From Catajapyx aquilonaris (lineage: Eukaryota), in assembly GCA_000934665.2 (NCBI GenBank), contig JYFJ02001157.1:62001-89291 (forward strand): a stretch of 27,291 bases of DNA, in the 5' to 3' direction. The notes beneath the pieces were generated by a model, which saw only the letters and a program-made list of their open reading frames with translations, was not told the DNA's origin and ran no database searches. Of the stretch, positions 22,787 through 27,291 are shown piece by piece (the stretch's first letter is position 1; each line of letters opens with the position of its first letter). Position numbers and translations under genes: made by a program.

Positions 22787-24217
22787 TCACTTGACCGGCA
22801 AGAATGTCCGGGTGTTCCTGTGACTTGCAATGACCACTTGTCCCTCGGGAAGCATGGTTGCCTTGACAGTGGCAAAGTATCCTGCCTTCTTCTTATTCAG
22901 CAACTTGCTCATATCCTTCCTCTGCCCGAAACGAGTTGTGTACCCCTTCATCAGCTTCTGCTCGTATTTCTTGTTGATCTCCAGTTTCTTGTGGCAATCC
23001 TGGTAGTCGTACAGGAGCATGCGGCTGGTCAGAAGTCCAGCCTTTCGGATGTTCATGTCAATCTTGCGTCTGAAATCTTCCTTCTTCTCCAGGGCTGATG
23101 ATGTCTCCTTTCGCCTCTATAATGACGAACAATGACAGATTTTACGACAGACGACAATAAATGATGGAAGACACGTACCTGCCAGATGTCTTTGTCCAAA
23201 GTAGCTATTTCACTTTTCTTCCTTTCAGTAGCCTTCTTGAAGTGCGACACTTTCTCCCTCATGTGAGTCAGCTGGTGTATGTTAGCCACTATTCCTTTGT
23301 ACAGAGCACATATCTCTTCGTCGCCTTCCTCGATCTTCTGCTTGTAGATCTGGTTCTCGATCTTCTTCTGCTCGAAGTCAATCAGCTGCTTACCTTCTCC
23401 GAAAGTGTTCAGGCCCACCAGTTCCTTCTCGCCCTCTTCCACCATTGTCTTCAGCTGGTTGTACTTGACACGAACTGAGGTCAAGGTTGCCTCCTTCTCC
23501 TTCATTTGCCTCAGGTAGCTTTCAATATCCTAAACACAACCGGAAATTATTGCACCTCACAGAATGAGTCAGACAAACAACTCCAGAGGATATCCAGAAG
23601 CAATGGACACTTTTGCATACAACCTCTGGGGCACCTTACCGTGGCTGGGATCGGATTTCCAGTGTTTTCGTCCCTGGCTTGTACAGCGAAATTGGCGAAC
23701 ATTTCGAAGACTCGAGACTTCTCTGCTGTCATCTCCTGGTAGCTCTTGATCCCTTGAGGTCGCAGAATGGCGATTTGTCTTTTGAAGTCTGTCTCCTGCA
23801 CCTCTTTTGTGGCATAAAGCTCCTTGAAGTTCTGCAGATATTTCTTGTACTCATACTCCAGCTTCACCTCATCACGGTCTTTCTCTTGCACCACAAGTTC
23901 GTGAGGCTGCAATAGTTACGACGAAGGTTTGTTGATCAGATTGTTCCTAATGTTTATTAGACAAGAAGTCACATTAATCTCACCTCTACGACGTCAATCA
24001 TATCGCTTATGATCCGCTGAAGCTCCATGTTCTTCTTCCTCAACTGCTGCCTCTCTTTGACGATCTCCTGCAGCCTCTCCAAGACATGGTGTTTCTTCCC
24101 TTTGGATCGGTTTGTTTTTTGCGTGGCCTTAGAGGAGGCTGCTGATCTCGCTGATTCCCGAGGCTCCACATCTTCTCCGCTCTCTTCCCTGATCACACTG
24201 TTTTCATTACTATCCAT
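22787..24217 (-). CDS. CCDC96: Coiled-coil domain-containing protein 96 (CFAP184, DUF4201 family), axonemal; exons 24217-23984, 23906-23640, 23529-23179, 23116-22787
   Basis: GEGKQLIDFEQKKIENQIYKQKIEE, LTHMREK, TGNPIP and GLL....LL.DY match my recollection of the CCDC96 signature (GEGLHLIDFEQLKIEN...KIEERN). Three phase-0 introns join the ORFs. Confidence 0.87.
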
Positions 24218-24336
24218 GACGGAATTTATGTGCCAACAAAGCCAAGGTGTATTTCCTAGGTTATCGTCTAACAATACCCACAACAATGTGGTATTTATTT
24301 TCTAGGGCAATTATTGTGGAGAGAGGGCCAGATCCA

Positions 24337-24349
24337 GTTGCTAGGCACA
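24337..24349. promoter_or_regulatory. Candidate RFX X-box (GTTGCTAGGCACA) upstream of CCDC96
   Basis: Near match to the RFX motif GTTGCTAGGCAAC, 120 bp upstream of the ATG. Confidence 0.45.
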
Positions 24350-24514
24350 ATAATCAAATAATATAAATAATAAATATAAAATAATAGAATAACTAGTCTC
24401 GTCCTATTGTGATTTTATTTTATCAAAGCATCATTAGCAGAGTCAATGAATATACAGTTGATTCTTATGACAAAGACGTGTTGCGGCATTTCCTTTTTCT
24501 TCGTCACTCTTTAC

Positions 24515-25390
24515 TTAGTCGAAGCATTTCTGTAAGAAAAATATTACAGACCATACTGAGAACAAAGTATAATACCGGACCAGTGGCACCATCAGGTCTT
24601 CATTAGAAGTGCAGTACCAGCATTCTGCTATTGTCTACCACTTACCTCCACAATATGATCCGCTAAGCATCCAACCGCAGCTGACACTTTCACACAGTCA
24701 TCTACGTCAGGGTGCTTCTCTTTCACTGCAGATAAAATGAATTACAACCGGAAAAAGTTATCTCAACATGCATATTAATAGCGAGTACAACTATAGTAAT
24801 AACCAGTTGCAAAATGCCACAACTTACCTTTAGCATTGCAAGCTGTGAGTGTTCTTTGCATGAATTTCTTCGCAGCGGCGTACTGCTCTCCGACTGCAAA
24901 CTTGTCAAATGCTACGTCAGCAATTGGGAATCCGTCAGCGTCAATCTGAAACATTAAGTTGGGGGCATGAACATAAAGGATATACGGTACATTATGCAAA
25001 ACAAACTTGTTACTTCAACTGATTAGCCAAGGCACACATGCTAACCAGCGCAAAATTAACAGTAATAAATTGATTATCATCAGAATGAAACTTTAATGTT
25101 AAATCTCTCTGACTTGTCAGAATGTAAATGAATGAGTAGGTAGTAATTTTCTTACTGCATTCATTTTCAGCATGAAGCAACGAGTTCGGCACTATATAGG
25201 TTTGGACATCATCGAAGCAGCACATGAAAAGAAAAAAAAGGTAGTATAATAAGGTTGTTATAGTTATAGTCACAATTATACAGTGTGCATGTAGAATAAT
25301 TACAAAGCGTACCTTTGCTACTTCAACTTTGCATTCATCCATAATTTTGTTCACCTCATCCGGCATTTTCATGGGAACATTACACTCATC
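24515..25390 (-). CDS. Second single-domain 8-Cys OBP-like protein, 5'-partial (signal-peptide exon not found in the window); exons 25390-25313, 25191-25156, 24945-24828, 24725-24646, 24529-24515
   Basis: DECNVPMKMPDEVNKIMDECKVEVAK|CRTRCFMLKMNA|IDADGFPIADVAFDKFAVGEQYAAAKKFMQRTLTACNAKV|KEKHPDVDDCVKVSAAVGCLADHIVE|KCFD*. Same Cys spacing and intron positions as 21030-22183. Confidence 0.86.
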
Positions 25391-25528
25391 CTGAAATAGA
25401 ATAATGAGAGAAAGAATAATGGATTGCTGTACTGCGTACCGCTGTAATTGCTTACAGGATGTCCTGTGTCCAACTGGCTTAAAAATATATTAAAACTATA
25501 TACTATAGCAAAGTGATATAGTCTAAGG

Positions 25529-25610
25529 CAGCGGTTTTCAAACTGGGGTACGCGAACACAATTTTGGGGGTACGCGAAAGATTTCGTGCAATGGCGTCCG
25601 CTGTCCACAT
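25529..25610 (+). mobile_element. hAT/Charlie-like terminal fragment
   Basis: CAGCGGTTTTCAAACTGGGGTACGCG is preceded by GTCTAAGG (similar to the Charlie NTCTAGAN target) and contains a repeated GGGGTACGCGAA. No matching right end was found, so the end coordinate is approximate. Confidence 0.5.
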
Positions 25611-25781
25611 TTGTGGGGAATAAATGGGAAAAAAATTATGGAAAAAACAAACCTGGGATCATCTATAAGGATATGGATCCGATATAAAGTGTAAAACATG
25701 TGGAAATATCGGGAGGAGAGATGGGAGGGTTGGTTTGGTGGGGGCTGGGACTTCAAATGAGCAGCCTAAATATTATTACTT

Positions 25782-25783
<2 letters not shown>

Positions 25784-25869
<86 letters not shown>
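25784..25869. repeat. (AT)43 microsatellite
   Basis: Directly visible in the sequence. Confidence 0.98.
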
Positions 25870-25871
<2 letters not shown>

Positions 25872-26001
25872 GGTCAATATGCAGGACCGTGGAACCGCAA
25901 ATTAGATACAGAGTCTCCCTAACTGTGGAAAGCAACTGCGCACTTATTCCCAGATATTAGCCTATCAAGGCTATCAAGGGGTAATTAAAAAATATATATA
26001 T

Positions 26002-27291
26002 GAGGCATTCCACGTCAAGCGGGCCACCTTCCGACAAATCTTTGAGGACCTTGACTAAAATTTAGTGACATGTACTACTCATCGACCTATGCAGGAATCC
26101 AAATTATTATACCTCTGCGTTGCGTGGTTGCATAACCACAGGGTGTCAAAGATGCCAATTTCCGACCATTTTTTATACGTTCCCTGTCACTAAGATGGCC
26201 ATATCTCCCAGAAGGTCAGGTCAAATATAACATTTGATATGTGTATTCGAAGGGTCATTTTACGCTCTATGAGATGGCCATACTCAAAATTGAAAAAGCC
26301 AAAAATTTAAAATCAAATATGGCGCCCAAAACATTGAATTTGATATTGGTCGTGTATCGACCCTTACGATTTCTTTTGAATGGCACCTAAAATGACAAGG
26401 GCAATGTTTACTTCACATTTTCCAAAAATCTCAAGAACCCTTTTTCGATATTTGCCGACAATAATAACTTATTTGGTTTCAAACGCGTCCCGTAAGTGTA
26501 GTCACCTCATTTGGAGGACCATAACTAGGAGAAGGTCAGGTCAAATCTTATATTTGATTTGCATATTCGGAAGGTATTTTTATGCCCCAGGAGATGGTAA
26601 TACTCAAAATGGAAGAATCAAAAAACTTTAAATCCAAGATAACGACCAATTTTTGATTTTGATTTTGATCAATATTCGACCCCTACGATTTCTTTTGAAT
26701 GGCACTTAAAATGATCAGGGTAATGTTTACTTGAGATTTCCGCAAAATCGGGAGAACCCCTTTTTGATAATATATTGCCTAATATAAAAACATGATAGTT
26801 GCAAGACGCGTTCCGTAAATGTAGTCACCTCAGTTATCAATAAGATTGCTCCAAATGTGTTTGCGGTGACCTTGTTCATACTTTTGTCCTCAAATTATGC
26901 AGCAATGGAGCAAAACAGTGCAAAGGCCTCGCGAGAATGCCTGATTCTACACTCTACATTGGTAATAATAATTAATATATACCGATTTTAAGGACATAAT
27001 GAAAAGATAAGTCCCATAAAGTTAACTGCGACGAAATAGGTATTTATTATATTTACGTAGAGTAATAGAATCAGGCATTATCATTATGTGCAACATGAAT
27101 ATTTAACTCGACAAATTTGGAGTAATTTTATTCATAATTTAGGTGACTACATTTACGGTACGCGTCTCACAACTAACATGTTTTTATATTAGAAAATTGT
27201 CAAAAAGGGGTTCTCCCGATTTTGCGGAAATCTCAAGTAAACATTACCCAGATCATTTTAAGTGCCATTCAAAAGAAATCGTAGGGGTCGA
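26002..27291. mobile_element. Foldback-type non-autonomous DNA transposon with very long, internally repeated TIRs (possibly Sola-like), truncated by the window end
   Basis: 26676-26830 is inverted at 27141-27291. The left arm contains a ~320-bp direct duplication (~26210-26510 versus ~26530-26830). It begins GAGGCATTCCACGTCAAG right after a TA tract; this left boundary is inferred. Confidence 0.75.

Noticed and set aside
777..24305. Plus-strand ORFs in the track (e.g. 1681-1980, 5383-5607, 23161-23478)
   Set aside because: They are antisense shadows of minus-strand exons with no recognisable motifs or splice structure.
25010..25372. 120-aa ORF as a single-exon gene
   Set aside because: Only its first ~20 codons belong to a real exon. 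The next exon (25191-25156) is in another frame and matches the paralogue.
25700..25960. (IY)n ORFs on both strands
   Set aside because: They are translations of the (AT)n microsatellite.

Overview
Eukaryotic (arthropod-like) genomic DNA with short GT-AG introns; every gene I can model is on the minus strand. From left to right: a Dpy-30-motif (DYDC-like) gene; a GT32 alpha-1,4-glycosyltransferase; a secreted mucin-CUB-serine-protease homologue lacking the catalytic triad; a tandem array of five two-domain odorant-binding-protein (OBP)-like genes (three intact, one frameshifted, one decayed pseudogene); PEX7; a single-domain OBP-like gene; CCDC96; and a second single-domain OBP-like gene whose first exon is probably outside the window. 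Several non-autonomous DNA transposons and microsatellites are interspersed. The most notable system is the OBP-like family, which the ORF track shows only in fragments. Each domain has an unusual 8-cysteine pattern, the monomer-to-dimer transition can be read in the exon lengths, and some dimers have grown an Asp/Glu/Tyr-rich N-terminal tail by mini-exon duplication. Gene models were spliced by hand; no database search was run, and family names rest on motif recognition.
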